A program made the translations under genes and the position numbers. A model generated the notes under the pieces. It did no database searches. It was not told the DNA's origin and saw only the letters and a program-made list of their open reading frames with translations. From Candidatus Saccharimonadales bacterium (GTDB taxonomy: Bacteria > Patescibacteriota > Saccharimonadia > Saccharimonadales > UBA10212), in the NCBI GenBank assembly GCA_049521895.1, contig JBEKOJ010000001.1:1-32716 (forward strand): a DNA stretch of 32,716 nucleotides, given 5' to 3'. Shown piece by piece: positions 1 through 8,469 of the stretch. Numbering within the stretch: the stretch's first letter is position 1; each line of letters opens with the position of its first letter.

Positions 1-1
1 T

Positions 2-2656
2 AGTTCTGCTGGCTCTTCTACCTTCTTCCAGATACAAAACAGCTCCAGTGTCTCCCTGCTGACTGCTAACACCACTACCGGCCAGATACTGTTCCCCAAT
101 GCCACTTTAAGCTCTACGGCCCTATTGATAGGCGGGGACGCTAATCTGTACCGCAGCGCAGGCTCTACGCTAAAGACTGACGGGAACTTCATTACTGCCG
201 GCAACCAGACAGTATCTGGCAGCACTACCCTAAACAGCACAGTGCTGGCCCAAAACACTACCAATAGCTCTACCTCCTTCCAAATCCAAAACTCTGGCGG
301 CACATCTTTACTGACAGCCGATACCACAAATCTGCAACTAAACACTGGTAACCTTAACTCCACCGGCACCATAACTCTGCAGAATGGGCAGGGAGCCAGT
401 ATCCAGCTTAGAACTGTATCAGCCAGTTCTACCGGTCTAACAATGTCCTTCAATGAAATAACCGATGCTACCAGGGCCACCAACACCCAAGGCGACGGTC
501 GCCAGCCGCCAGACAGCAGCACCGGTATATGGGAAGGTACCACCAACTTAATCAGTAATGGTGGGTTTGAGACTAATTTGACTCTTGCGGTAGGCAACTG
601 GGTACCGGCTAACGGTACGACAACGGTTACCAGGTCTACATCTTATGCCAAGTTCGGCACAGCATCGGCCAAGGTTGTGACAGATGGCGCAACCGCCTAT
701 ACAGGTCTGGATGGTTGTATCGGGGGTATTACTGCAGGCAATACCTACACGGTATCGGCCTGGGTTTTTTCGCCGACCAATAACACCTCGATGCAGCTGC
801 AAGTTTACAGAAAAACCAGCGCCTGTGGAGGCGGAGTGGTAGGGAATACCAATACCCCTTTTACTCTAAGTGCCGGCTGGCAACGTATTACTCATACTTT
901 TACGGCTGAAGCAAGCACAGCCGCTGCAGAAATAGATATCGTGACAGTCGGCACTCAGTCGGCCACGACCTTCTATGTGGACGGAGTACAGATGGAGCAA
1001 AAAGCTTATGCTACACCTTATGTCGAAACCAACGGCGGCACGGCTACCCGCAACGGTGGGCGCATCCAGGCACCTTCCACCGGCATGAATGCCACCACCG
1101 GCTGGTTTACTGCCCGTATCCGCCCCAGCTGGTCGTCTTCAGGTTCCATGCCAAACGGCGCCCCAGGTATCTTTGAATGGAACAATAACGATAGCAACCG
1201 CATATTTATCTACTTTGCGTCAGCCAGCAATATTTCAATCTACAGGATTGGCGGCGGATCGGGCGGTGCTGGTCCCGGCGTCAACGTTACATACAACGCC
1301 GGTGATACATTAACCATAACTGGCTACTGGACCTCTACTACCCTTGGTATATCTGTAAACGGTGGTGCCTTTACGACTGCCGGACAAACGACCATACCGT
1401 CGTCACCACCCGCCACTTTTGACATCGGCAGCCTGTGGACCCATAATGCCGGCGCCGGCAACAACTTGGATGGTGATATACTCTGGTCGGCCGCCGGCGC
1501 CGGCACACTGACTAATGGTGACGCCACAGCTTTGAATGCCTACGGCAACAGCGACCCAACGCTGGCTAACCTCAATTCTCTAGATTCGGCAGATGCCGCC
1601 ACCATGGCCTGGGACGGCGAAAGCACTAGCTACACGGGCACAAATTCTGCCCCAATTTCCCAATCAGCCATAACCATAGACGACACAACTATATATAGGA
1701 ATAACTGGAGCAGTGCTAATGGCGGGTTAATAATTCAGGGATCTGTTCTTCCTGGCGCGGCCCCTGCTTCTTTGGCCGCTGGCGAAAACAGCCAATTTGG
1801 CGTAAGCAACCCTGCTGGCGGGCTGCTGGCTATGGGAGTGGATTCTACAGGGACTGTTAACGCAGCCACCTATACATACTTGCAGAGTCGCAATGTAGGC
1901 GGGGCGGGTGTATCATACGCACTCATCTTGCAGCCTCAAGGCGGCAACATCGGTATCGGCACAACGAATCCGAGCGGAAAGCTAGATATTAATCAGGGAG
2001 CAAGTACTGCAAGCTTCCCAGCCACTACGGATGGTCAGTCTAATACACTGCTTAATTTAGGCAACGTATCCCATGCTGGATCACTTGGTGCCGAAGGCCG
2101 GCTAGATTTTGGAGTAATAGGCAGGATCGCAACCTATTACCAAGGAGGGAGCTATCCTAACGGTTTCGGCTTTAAACTCTATACCTATAACGGTGGTTTA
2201 AACGCTACACCAGGCATTACCATTGATGCTGCCAACGACGTAGGTATTAATAATTCATCCCCAAATCCCAACTATATATTGGATGTTGCTGGCGCAACTA
2301 ATATTAGCGGTAGATTACAAGCAAGCGCTTTAGGTAGCTTGGTGATTAATCACGTTACTTCTTCAGCGTCATACACCGATACTTTCTCTATCGGTAACTC
2401 CGTAGATGGTATGGCCATGGTCAAGATGACTTGTGGCGGTAATACCAAAGATTCGTATAGGGAATATATTATTGGTACCTCAGCCGTCACGAGCCACTAC
2501 ACTTTGGCAGCAACCACCCAAGATACCGCCAGCTGTGATGCCACAATAACCTCTATTAGCAACAACGGTGACTATAGCCATACTATAACAGTGAGCTCTG
2601 TTCAATCGATAGGGGGTACATGCAGCACGATGGTTTCATGGATACCGACCGACTAG
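2..2656 (+). CDS. Large secreted/cell-surface fibre-like protein, 5' end outside the window. Contains Ser/Thr/Asn-rich repeats, a CBM4_9-like carbohydrate-binding module, a LamG/concanavalin-like module and tail-fibre-like GIGTTNP..KLDI motifs
   Basis: The frame of ORF 125..2656 stays open back to nt 2, giving SSAGSSTFFQIQNSS... that repeats the later SSTSFQIQNSGG. NLISNGGFETN...W...YVDGVQME matches the CBM_4_9 pattern. GWFTARIRPSW...GIFEW...RIFIYF is LamG-like. GGNIGIGTTNPSGKLDINQG is typical of tail-fibre-like proteins. Confidence 0.8.
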   Translation, partial: SSAGSSTFFQIQNSSSVSLLTANTTTGQILFPNATLSSTALLIGGDANLYRSAGSTLKTDGNFITAGNQTVSGSTTLNSTVLAQNTTNSSTSFQIQNSGGTSLLTADTTNLQLNTGNLNSTGTITLQNGQGASIQLRTVSASSTGLTMSFNEITDATRATNTQGDGRQPPDSSTGIWEGTTNLISNGGFETNLTLAVGNWVPANGTTTVTRSTSYAKFGTASAKVVTDGATAYTGLDGCIGGITAGNTYTVSAWVFSPTNNTSMQLQVYRKTSACGGGVVGNTNTPFTLSAGWQRITHTFTAEASTAAAEIDIVTVGTQSATTFYVDGVQMEQKAYATPYVETNGGTATRNGGRIQAPSTGMNATTGWFTARIRPSWSSSGSMPNGAPGIFEWNNNDSNRIFIYFASASNISIYRIGGGSGGAGPGVNVTYNAGDTLTITGYWTSTTLGISVNGGAFTTAGQTTIPSSPPATFDIGSLWTHNAGAGNNLDGDILWSAAGAGTLTNGDATALNAYGNSDPTLANLNSLDSADAATMAWDGESTSYTGTNSAPISQSAITIDDTTIYRNNWSSANGGLIIQGSVLPGAAPASLAAGENSQFGVSNPAGGLLAMGVDSTGTVNAATYTYLQSRNVGGAGVSYALILQPQGGNIGIGTTNPSGKLDINQGASTASFPATTDGQSNTLLNLGNVSHAGSLGAEGRLDFGVIGRIATYYQGGSYPNGFGFKLYTYNGGLNATPGITIDAANDVGINNSSPNPNYILDVAGATNISGRLQASALGSLVINHVTSSASYTDTFSIGNSVDGMAMVKMTCGGNTKDSYREYIIGTSAVTSHYTLAATTQDTASCDATITSISNNGDYSHTITVSSVQSIGGTCSTMVSWIPTD

Positions 2657-2681
2657 ATCGGCAACCCCGACACCAGCGGCG

Positions 2682-2885
2682 TTGTTGATGTGCCTGCCGG
2701 GTCCAACTCGGGTGACTACACATTTACTCGAGTCTATGGCAGTACCCCCTAACGTAGTAGTAACGCCGGAAAGTGACCTTGCCAGCCTACGCTACTGGGT
2801 AACCAAAACCACCAGTCAATTTATGATTCATCTGTCCGGCAGCACCCCAGCGGACGTAAAATTTGACTACTTTGTGCAGCAATAG
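2682..2885 (+). CDS. Small ORF, probably a detached or decayed C-terminal beta-sandwich (H-type-lectin-like) module of the upstream surface protein
   Basis: MAVPPNVVVTPESD...YWVTKTTSQFMIHL...VKFDYFVQQ. No SD is present. The sequence continues the in-frame post-TAG peptide ...GDYTFTRVYGSTP across a C5 run (2745-2749). Confidence 0.35.
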   Translation: MLMCLPGPTRVTTHLLESMAVPPNVVVTPESDLASLRYWVTKTTSQFMIHLSGSTPADVKFDYFVQQ

Positions 2886-3124
2886 TGTTAAATCCACTAA
2901 CGATAGAAGAAGTTTAGTTTACTGTTGAAGCCAATAACCATAGTCTGCCGGCGGGTATAAGAGGAATAAAAACCGCCCAATAGCATTGCCGAGGATTTTT
3001 GTTATCTGATTTGGTGTGACTAGGGACGCATTTTAACCGCCTCTAAACAAAAAATGGCCAATGCCAATACCCTTGATTTTAATAAGAAAACAACTTACGC
3101 CATCTGGACGTGCAGACAGGTGGA

Positions 3125-3160
3125 AAAATTGTAGGCTTACGGGGTGCTTACAGGGTGCCA
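3125..3160. promoter_or_regulatory. Three copies of a 12-mer, GCTTAC(G/A)GGGTG: two direct plus one inverted. The last two form a 25-nt perfect palindrome ~105 bp upstream of parA
   Basis: The copies are 3125-3136 GCTTACGGGGTG, 3136-3147 GCTTACAGGGTG and 3149-3160 CACCCTGTAAGC. Read directly from the sequence. Confidence 0.5.
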
Positions 3161-3265
3161 CCCTGTAAGCAAACCGTTGAATCGTAAAATGCAGCGCTGG
3201 CTTTATTTACCGGATGGCCACATCATGTTATGCTTAAGCTGAAACCGAGGGTATGCTAAACAAAC

Positions 3266-4030
3266 ATGGTTAAGAAAATAATTGCGGTGCTGAACCAAAA
3301 GGGTGGGGTAGGTAAAACCACCACGGCCATCAACCTGGCGGCTTACCTTGCCAAGGCCGGCCGTAAAGTTTTGCTGGTAGATATTGACCCCCAGGCCAAC
3401 AGCACCAGCGGCCTGGGCCTGGACAAACAGGATTTAAGCTCAACATTGTACGACGTGCTGTTTTCGCGCGCGGAAGCCCATAAGACCATCAAAAAAGTCA
3501 CCAGCCACGGGCTGTATCTGCTACCATCCAATCCCAACCTGGCTGGCGCCGAGGTGGAACTGGTGGAAATACCGTACCGCGAGCTAAAACTCAAAAATGT
3601 CCTGGACAACCTAGAATACGATTATATTTTGATTGATTGCCCGCCTAGCCTGGGACTGCTGACAGTCAACGCCCTAACCGCTGCCGACGAAGTGTTGATT
3701 CCGGTGCAGGCTGAATATTACGCCATGGAGGGTTTGAGCCAGCTGCTGGCAACAGTGCAGCAGGTGCGCCAGACGCTTAACCCCAACTTAAATATCCTCG
3801 GTGTGGTGGTCACGCTGTACGACAGCCGCAATTCGTTGGCCGAACAGGTAAGAGAGGAGCTAGTGCGCCACTTTGGTGATAAAATATTTGATACGGTCAT
3901 TCCGCGCAACGTGCGTCTGGCCGAGGCGCCAAGTTTTGGCAAGACGATAGCTGAACACGATAAGTGGAGCAAGGGCGCGCGGGCATATAAAGCTCTGGCC
4001 CGCGAGCTAGAAAAGAGGGCAAATGGCTAA
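3266..4030 (+). CDS. parA: ParA/Soj chromosome-partitioning ATPase
   Basis: Deviant Walker A motif NQKGGVGKTTT. Full-length ParA-like sequence (VDIDPQANST, IDCPPSLG). Overlaps parB by 8 nt. Confidence 0.95.
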   Translation: MVKKIIAVLNQKGGVGKTTTAINLAAYLAKAGRKVLLVDIDPQANSTSGLGLDKQDLSSTLYDVLFSRAEAHKTIKKVTSHGLYLLPSNPNLAGAEVELVEIPYRELKLKNVLDNLEYDYILIDCPPSLGLLTVNALTAADEVLIPVQAEYYAMEGLSQLLATVQQVRQTLNPNLNILGVVVTLYDSRNSLAEQVREELVRHFGDKIFDTVIPRNVRLAEAPSFGKTIAEHDKWSKGARAYKALARELEKRANG

Positions 4031-4880
4031 AAATACTGGACTGGGCAGGGGGTTTGACGCGCTGTTCCCAAAAGATCTGGATACCACTATCCTTGAGGAA
4101 GACAAACACCGGGTGCAGAAAATTCTTATTCAAGATATTTTTCCCAATTCTGACCAGCCCCGGCGGGAGTTTGACGAGGGGGCACTCGCCGAGCTCACAG
4201 ACTCGGTTAGAAGGCACGGGGTACTTCAGCCGATATTCGTGGTTAGGGCTGGCAAGGGCTATCAAATTGTCGCCGGCGAGCGCCGCTGGCGGGCCGCTAA
4301 AGCCGCCAAGTTAACGCATATGCCGGCGATTGTGCGCAGCCTGAAGGAGCTTGAGCAGATAGAATTCTCATTGATTGAAAATATCCAGAGGGTAGATTTA
4401 TCACCGCTGGAGCAGGCTTTGTCCGTATTTAAATTACAACAGCAATTCAACCTGGGCTTAGAGGAAATTGCCCAAAAAATTGGTAAAGCTCCCAGTACCG
4501 TAAGCAATCTGACTAGATTATTACAGCTACCGGGGCCAGCCCGGGAGGCTCTACGTGGCGGCAAAATCAGTGAAGGCCACGCCAGATCTATCCTGGCACT
4601 TAAGGGCCAGCCCGCTAAACAAGATGAGCTACTTCAATATATTTTAAACAACGGCTGGACCGTACGACAGGCAGAACAATTCGTGGTGGCGGCTAAAAAA
4701 GGCGCTAGTGTCACGCAGGCCAAGAGTCATACAGCTGCCCGGACTGCCCTCACCAAGAATCTAAGTAAACAATTGGGGACAGATGTCAAAATTAAGCACA
4801 CAGCCCATGGTGGACAACTAATTATTGCATTTGACTCAGAAGACCACTTGCAACAAATTGTTAAGAAACTCAAAGCCTAG
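4023..4880 (+). CDS. parB: ParB/Spo0J partition protein
   Basis: Contains the ParB box GERRWRAAK and an HTH region (IAQKIGKAPSTVSNLTRLL). Translationally coupled to parA. Confidence 0.93.
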   Translation: MAKNTGLGRGFDALFPKDLDTTILEEDKHRVQKILIQDIFPNSDQPRREFDEGALAELTDSVRRHGVLQPIFVVRAGKGYQIVAGERRWRAAKAAKLTHMPAIVRSLKELEQIEFSLIENIQRVDLSPLEQALSVFKLQQQFNLGLEEIAQKIGKAPSTVSNLTRLLQLPGPAREALRGGKISEGHARSILALKGQPAKQDELLQYILNNGWTVRQAEQFVVAAKKGASVTQAKSHTAARTALTKNLSKQLGTDVKIKHTAHGGQLIIAFDSEDHLQQIVKKLKA

Positions 4881-4917
4881 CTGCGAACACAAAAATTATT
4901 TCGTTTAGTTTGCTGGC

Positions 4918-5655
4918 TTAGAACTTTTCGATTTCGTTGGCTGGCAATATGCGCAGTATTAGCTTACCGACAATTTGCTTGGCGTCGATCGGCCCGAAGA
5001 ATCGGGAGTCTTCGGAATCGGGGCGATTATCGCCGCAAACAAAAATTTGCCTCGGGCCAAGGGTAATACCTATGTTGTCGGGCGTATTAGTGGCCGTTAA
5101 GTGATAGCCGACAGTTTTATCGGGGTTAAAGCCGCTTGGGTGGGCCTGGTTATATATGGTAATGTGACCGTTTTGGATAACTACCCGGTCGCCGGGCAGG
5201 CCGATAACCCTTTTAATGAGTTGTTTTTGGCCGCTAGAGCCAAGGCCCAGTAGCCCGGACTGGTTAAAGATGACAATATCGCCCCGGGCTGGAATGTAGT
5301 CGTGGCCGGTAATGCGCGCCCAGGTGCGAGGGATTTTGTCTACTATTAACCGGTTATTGTTTTGCAGAGTAGTTTCCATACTCTGGCCGTCTACTTGGTA
5401 TGACTGGACGACAAAAGCCGCGATACACAATGCGATGATTACCGCCAGAAGGAACAGCACGACAGTGGATAAGATCGAGTGCCAATTTGCGCGATTTTTA
5501 TGCCGATGCGCCTGCGAAGCGTGGCTTGGGCTTGGGATAGATGGTGCTGGTTGCGGTTTTGCGGGAGTGGGTTTTGAGGTATGCCGCTGGTCATCCGCCG
5601 GGTAAATATCCGAGGGTATCAACTGGGGTGGTTTTTCATCGTTGTGTGGTTTCAT
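4918..5655 (-). CDS. lepB: Signal peptidase I
   Basis: Has an N-terminal TM segment, SMETTL (Ser box), KRVIGLPGD (Lys box) and GDNRPDSEDSRFFGPI. Confidence 0.92.
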   Translation of the reverse strand: MKPHNDEKPPQLIPSDIYPADDQRHTSKPTPAKPQPAPSIPSPSHASQAHRHKNRANWHSILSTVVLFLLAVIIALCIAAFVVQSYQVDGQSMETTLQNNNRLIVDKIPRTWARITGHDYIPARGDIVIFNQSGLLGLGSSGQKQLIKRVIGLPGDRVVIQNGHITIYNQAHPSGFNPDKTVGYHLTATNTPDNIGITLGPRQIFVCGDNRPDSEDSRFFGPIDAKQIVGKLILRILPANEIEKF

Positions 5656-5749
5656 CGACTCGGACTATTATAGCTTGCTCAGCTTATTTTCACCTAAAAA
5701 ATTTATACTCCAGGGTATGCTGGCGAATGCTATACTGGACGTTAGCATA

Positions 5750-7459
5750 ATGACCAAACCAAAGAAGTTTAGAAGACCGAAGCACAGCCCGGCCAGCATA
5801 GATGGTGTGATAGTGGGTAGCCGCGGCTTAGGCACACAAACCGTCGGTTCTTATCAGCCTAAACGAGGACAACAGATGCCCTCTATAGGTGATACTATGC
5901 GTCGTAGTGATGGCTTCCATGCTAGTCGCCAATCGCCCGACAGCTTGGGCCACGGGGGAGTCGAGGCGGCTGAAGCCCAGGCATTACTAGATGAGCCAAT
6001 AATGTTAGACGATGATTCGGGCAAGCAGAAAAAACACTATTTCGGGCACAAGCACCCAAGAGTACGCAGGTATTTCAAGCGCGGCAGTTTGTTGATTCTG
6101 GCATTGATAATTGTAGTCGGTGGCTTTTTGGGCTGGAAACTGGAAAAAGACATAAGTAAAGTTTTTCACGGCAACATTTTCAGCTTTCTTCATCCGGCGG
6201 CCAAGCTAAGGGGTGAAGATCAGGGAAGGGTAACAATCCTGCTAGCCGGTAATTCAGCCGATGACCCGGGCCACGAGGGCGAGAATTTAACAGATTCCAT
6301 TATGCTTGTTAGCTTGGATACAGCCAATAACACTGGGTATTTGCTCAGTATTCCGCGGGACTTCTGGGTAAATTATGGTACCAATAACTGCTCATACGGC
6401 AACCAGGGCAGGATTAACGCTATTTATGAGTGTGGCCAGGCCATTAACTTCCATCAAAATGGCTACCCCAGCGGCGGCATGGGGTTGCTGGTAAAAGATG
6501 TTGACCAATACCTTGGCGTTAACATTGGCTACTACGCGCTAATTGATTATTCCGGCTTGCGTGATGCCGTTAATGCCGTTGGCGGCATTGAATTTACAGT
6601 AAATAACCCTAACACATGTTATATTCTGGGCCGGCCCTTTAATGGCCTTTACGATGGCGGCAGGGATTATGTTACTGGAGGGGTACTTGTTAATTTAACC
6701 AACGGCACCCATCTTTTAAACGGCGAACAAGCGCTGGATCTGGCCCGCGCCCGCGGCGACTTTCCATACCTATACCCCAGCTGCGGCTACGAAAATAACG
6801 ATTTTACCCGGACGCAAAACCAGCGGCAAGAACTTCTTTCTTTGAAAAGTAAAATCTTAAGCCTGGGCGTACTGAGCAACCCCGCTAAACTCAGTAGCTT
6901 GCTGGACACTTTCGGTAACAGCGTCCAGACTAACTTCCGAGCCAACGAAATCTTGCGGCTGTACAATCTAAGTAAAAAAATCCCCAACTCGCAGATTCAG
7001 TCCGTTGCCTTGACCGTCACCGGCAACGGGACCAACTACTTAAAGAGCATGAACATTAATGGGGCCGATGTGTTTATACCGGCGGCCGGAGAAGGGAACT
7101 ATTCTGACATCCAATCTTTTATCCAACGGCTTAACAGTAACAATCCTGTCGTTAAAGAAGACGCCAGCGTAGTGATTCTAAATGCCAGCAATATAAACGG
7201 GCTAGCCGCCAAGACCGCGACCACTTTGACCAATGCCGGCATGAACGTGGTGGCTACCGGTGACGATACCGTCCGGTCCACATCAGCAGTAGTAGTCCTA
7301 AATTCACAAAAATCTGCCACTAAGTCCTATCTGCAGAAGACCTTCAAGGTTACCCCTACAACTAACACCGCGGCATTTCCTGAGACTCAAAACTACAACG
7401 CCGATTTTGTTATAATCCTTGGTGAAGATGCCGCGACTTCCAATACCCCGTCACAGTGA
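5750..7459 (+). CDS. LytR-CpsA-Psr (LCP) family cell-envelope phosphotransferase with a LytR_C domain
   Basis: ILLAGNSADD...TDSIMLVSL...SIPRD is the LCP core. A single TM follows a basic N-terminal tail. The start is set at ATG 5750 (MTKPKKF) because the track start at 5642 overlaps the divergent lepB start. Confidence 0.85.
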   Translation: MTKPKKFRRPKHSPASIDGVIVGSRGLGTQTVGSYQPKRGQQMPSIGDTMRRSDGFHASRQSPDSLGHGGVEAAEAQALLDEPIMLDDDSGKQKKHYFGHKHPRVRRYFKRGSLLILALIIVVGGFLGWKLEKDISKVFHGNIFSFLHPAAKLRGEDQGRVTILLAGNSADDPGHEGENLTDSIMLVSLDTANNTGYLLSIPRDFWVNYGTNNCSYGNQGRINAIYECGQAINFHQNGYPSGGMGLLVKDVDQYLGVNIGYYALIDYSGLRDAVNAVGGIEFTVNNPNTCYILGRPFNGLYDGGRDYVTGGVLVNLTNGTHLLNGEQALDLARARGDFPYLYPSCGYENNDFTRTQNQRQELLSLKSKILSLGVLSNPAKLSSLLDTFGNSVQTNFRANEILRLYNLSKKIPNSQIQSVALTVTGNGTNYLKSMNINGADVFIPAAGEGNYSDIQSFIQRLNSNNPVVKEDASVVILNASNINGLAAKTATTLTNAGMNVVATGDDTVRSTSAVVVLNSQKSATKSYLQKTFKVTPTTNTAAFPETQNYNADFVIILGEDAATSNTPSQ

Positions 7460-8222
7460 CCCCGCCAAGATTGGTCCGGGCAAACTAGCCAGACTTAAGC
7501 CGGTGCGTGGTTTTGCGCACTCGGTGCACATCGGCCTCAATGTGCTGCTGCCTATAGCAGCTTATATATTGGTACGCATTGATTTCGTGGGCTTGGCGAT
7601 ACTGCTGATCCTGCTCAGTAAATGGCAGATGTTTGCCGTACGCCCGCGCTATTGGTTTGCCAACCTGGTGGCGAACGGCATTGATATCTTGGTGGCAGTC
7701 TCACTGGTGCTGTTCATGGCTAATACCATGTCTACCTGGTGGCAGCTGCTGTGGATGGTGCTATATATCGGTTGGTTGGTGTGGCTCAAGCCAAGGAGTG
7801 ACGTACTGAGCGTTTCGGGGCAGGCGATGGCAGGCCAATTGCTGGCTTTGGCTGTGCTGTATCTTAAATTCGGCGATTCCTCGCTGCCGGTTCTGGTAGT
7901 AGCTACCTGGGGGGTAGCTTACCTGTCGGCACGCCATTTCTTGACTAGTTTCGAAGAATCGCACACCGCGCTGCTGGCTCACGTCTGGGCCTATTTTGCG
8001 GCCGCGTTAGCTTTTGTGTTAGGACACTGGCTGCTATTTTACGGTTCGGTGGCGCAAATCATCGTTATCTTAACTACTATCGGTTATGGCATGGCGGCGC
8101 TATATTATCTTGACGCCACGGAGCGTTTAAGCCGGCTGATGGAACGCCAGTTGTTACTAATCATGATTGCAATTCTGCTGGTAGTATTCTTTTTATCCGA
8201 TTGGAGCGGCGTCACCGTTTAG
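7419..8222 (+). CDS. Polytopic membrane protein of unknown function
   Basis: Has about 7-8 hydrophobic helices. The start is ambiguous: TTG 7419, GTG 7422 or ATG 7428. A TATAAT box lies at 7411-7416, inside the 3' end of the LCP gene. Confidence 0.7.
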   Translation: MVKMPRLPIPRHSDPAKIGPGKLARLKPVRGFAHSVHIGLNVLLPIAAYILVRIDFVGLAILLILLSKWQMFAVRPRYWFANLVANGIDILVAVSLVLFMANTMSTWWQLLWMVLYIGWLVWLKPRSDVLSVSGQAMAGQLLALAVLYLKFGDSSLPVLVVATWGVAYLSARHFLTSFEESHTALLAHVWAYFAAALAFVLGHWLLFYGSVAQIIVILTTIGYGMAALYYLDATERLSRLMERQLLLIMIAILLVVFFLSDWSGVTV

Positions 8223-8389
8223 GCCGCCACGCCACGCCAGCCTGCCGTCCCCGCCTTGGCAGGGCCGCACCGCTGGCGTTCTTGGCAAATCGCTGTGTTG
8301 CATCCTCTGTTGCTCGTTCAATGTATTCGTACATACATCTCACTCCGCTACTCAGCTGCGCCTAGCGCTTTGCTCAAGCGTGGCGGCCT
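8221..8389 (+). ncRNA. Unclassified structured element, copy A (homolog of 28328-28494)
   Basis: Closing stem 8221-8232/8378-8389. Nested stems 8235-8241/8272-8278 and 8281-8293/8365-8377. Invariant blocks TGTTGCATCCT (8296) and CTGCGCCTAGCGC (8356). The stems covary with copy B. Confidence 0.6.
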
Positions 8390-8443
8390 ATACCAATCTC
8401 GGCGTGCTTCCTAACAAATTGCGATTTTTCAGCTTACATTCAG

Positions 8444-8449
8444 TATAAT
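8444..8449 (+). promoter_or_regulatory. -10 box (AGTATAATT context) for htrA
   Basis: TATAAT lies 20 nt upstream of ATG 8470. The SD-like AGGGTGG is at 8461-8467. Confidence 0.5.
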
Positions 8450-8469
8450 TGATATATAAAAGGGTGGAA

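Noticed and set aside
548-1527. Several 60-85-aa ORFs antisense to or out of frame with the surface-protein gene (548..802-, 1018..1203-, 1089..1313+, 1324..1527-). Similar shadow ORFs occur inside nearly every large gene in the track.
   Set aside because: They lie entirely within long ORFs that have strong family signatures. Their composition is Arg/Pro/Ser-rich, typical of shadow frames, and they have no start signals.
2886-4880. Canonical parS (TGTTNCACGTGAAACA) or clustered DnaA boxes (TTATCCACA) marking an origin next to parAB.
   Set aside because: No match closer than about 6/9 for DnaA boxes (e.g. AAATCCACT at about 2891). No CACGTG-centred parS-like palindrome was found by eye. A full computational scan is still advisable.
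8419-8424. A shared TTGCG(A/C) -35-like box upstream of the AGTATAATT -10 of htrA and of the metallopeptidase gene (28499-28504).
   Set aside because: The spacers to the -10 would be 19 and 21 nt, too long and too unequal for a common sigma70-type -35. This is probably coincidence.
8220-8447. Read-through of the TAG stop of the membrane protein into element A. The frame stays open for about 63 codons, and the peptide loosely resembles a frame of copy B.
   Set aside because: The similarity follows from the nucleotide identity of the invariant blocks. The differences between copies are stem-compensatory rather than synonymous. TAG clearly terminates other genes here (parB, htrA).
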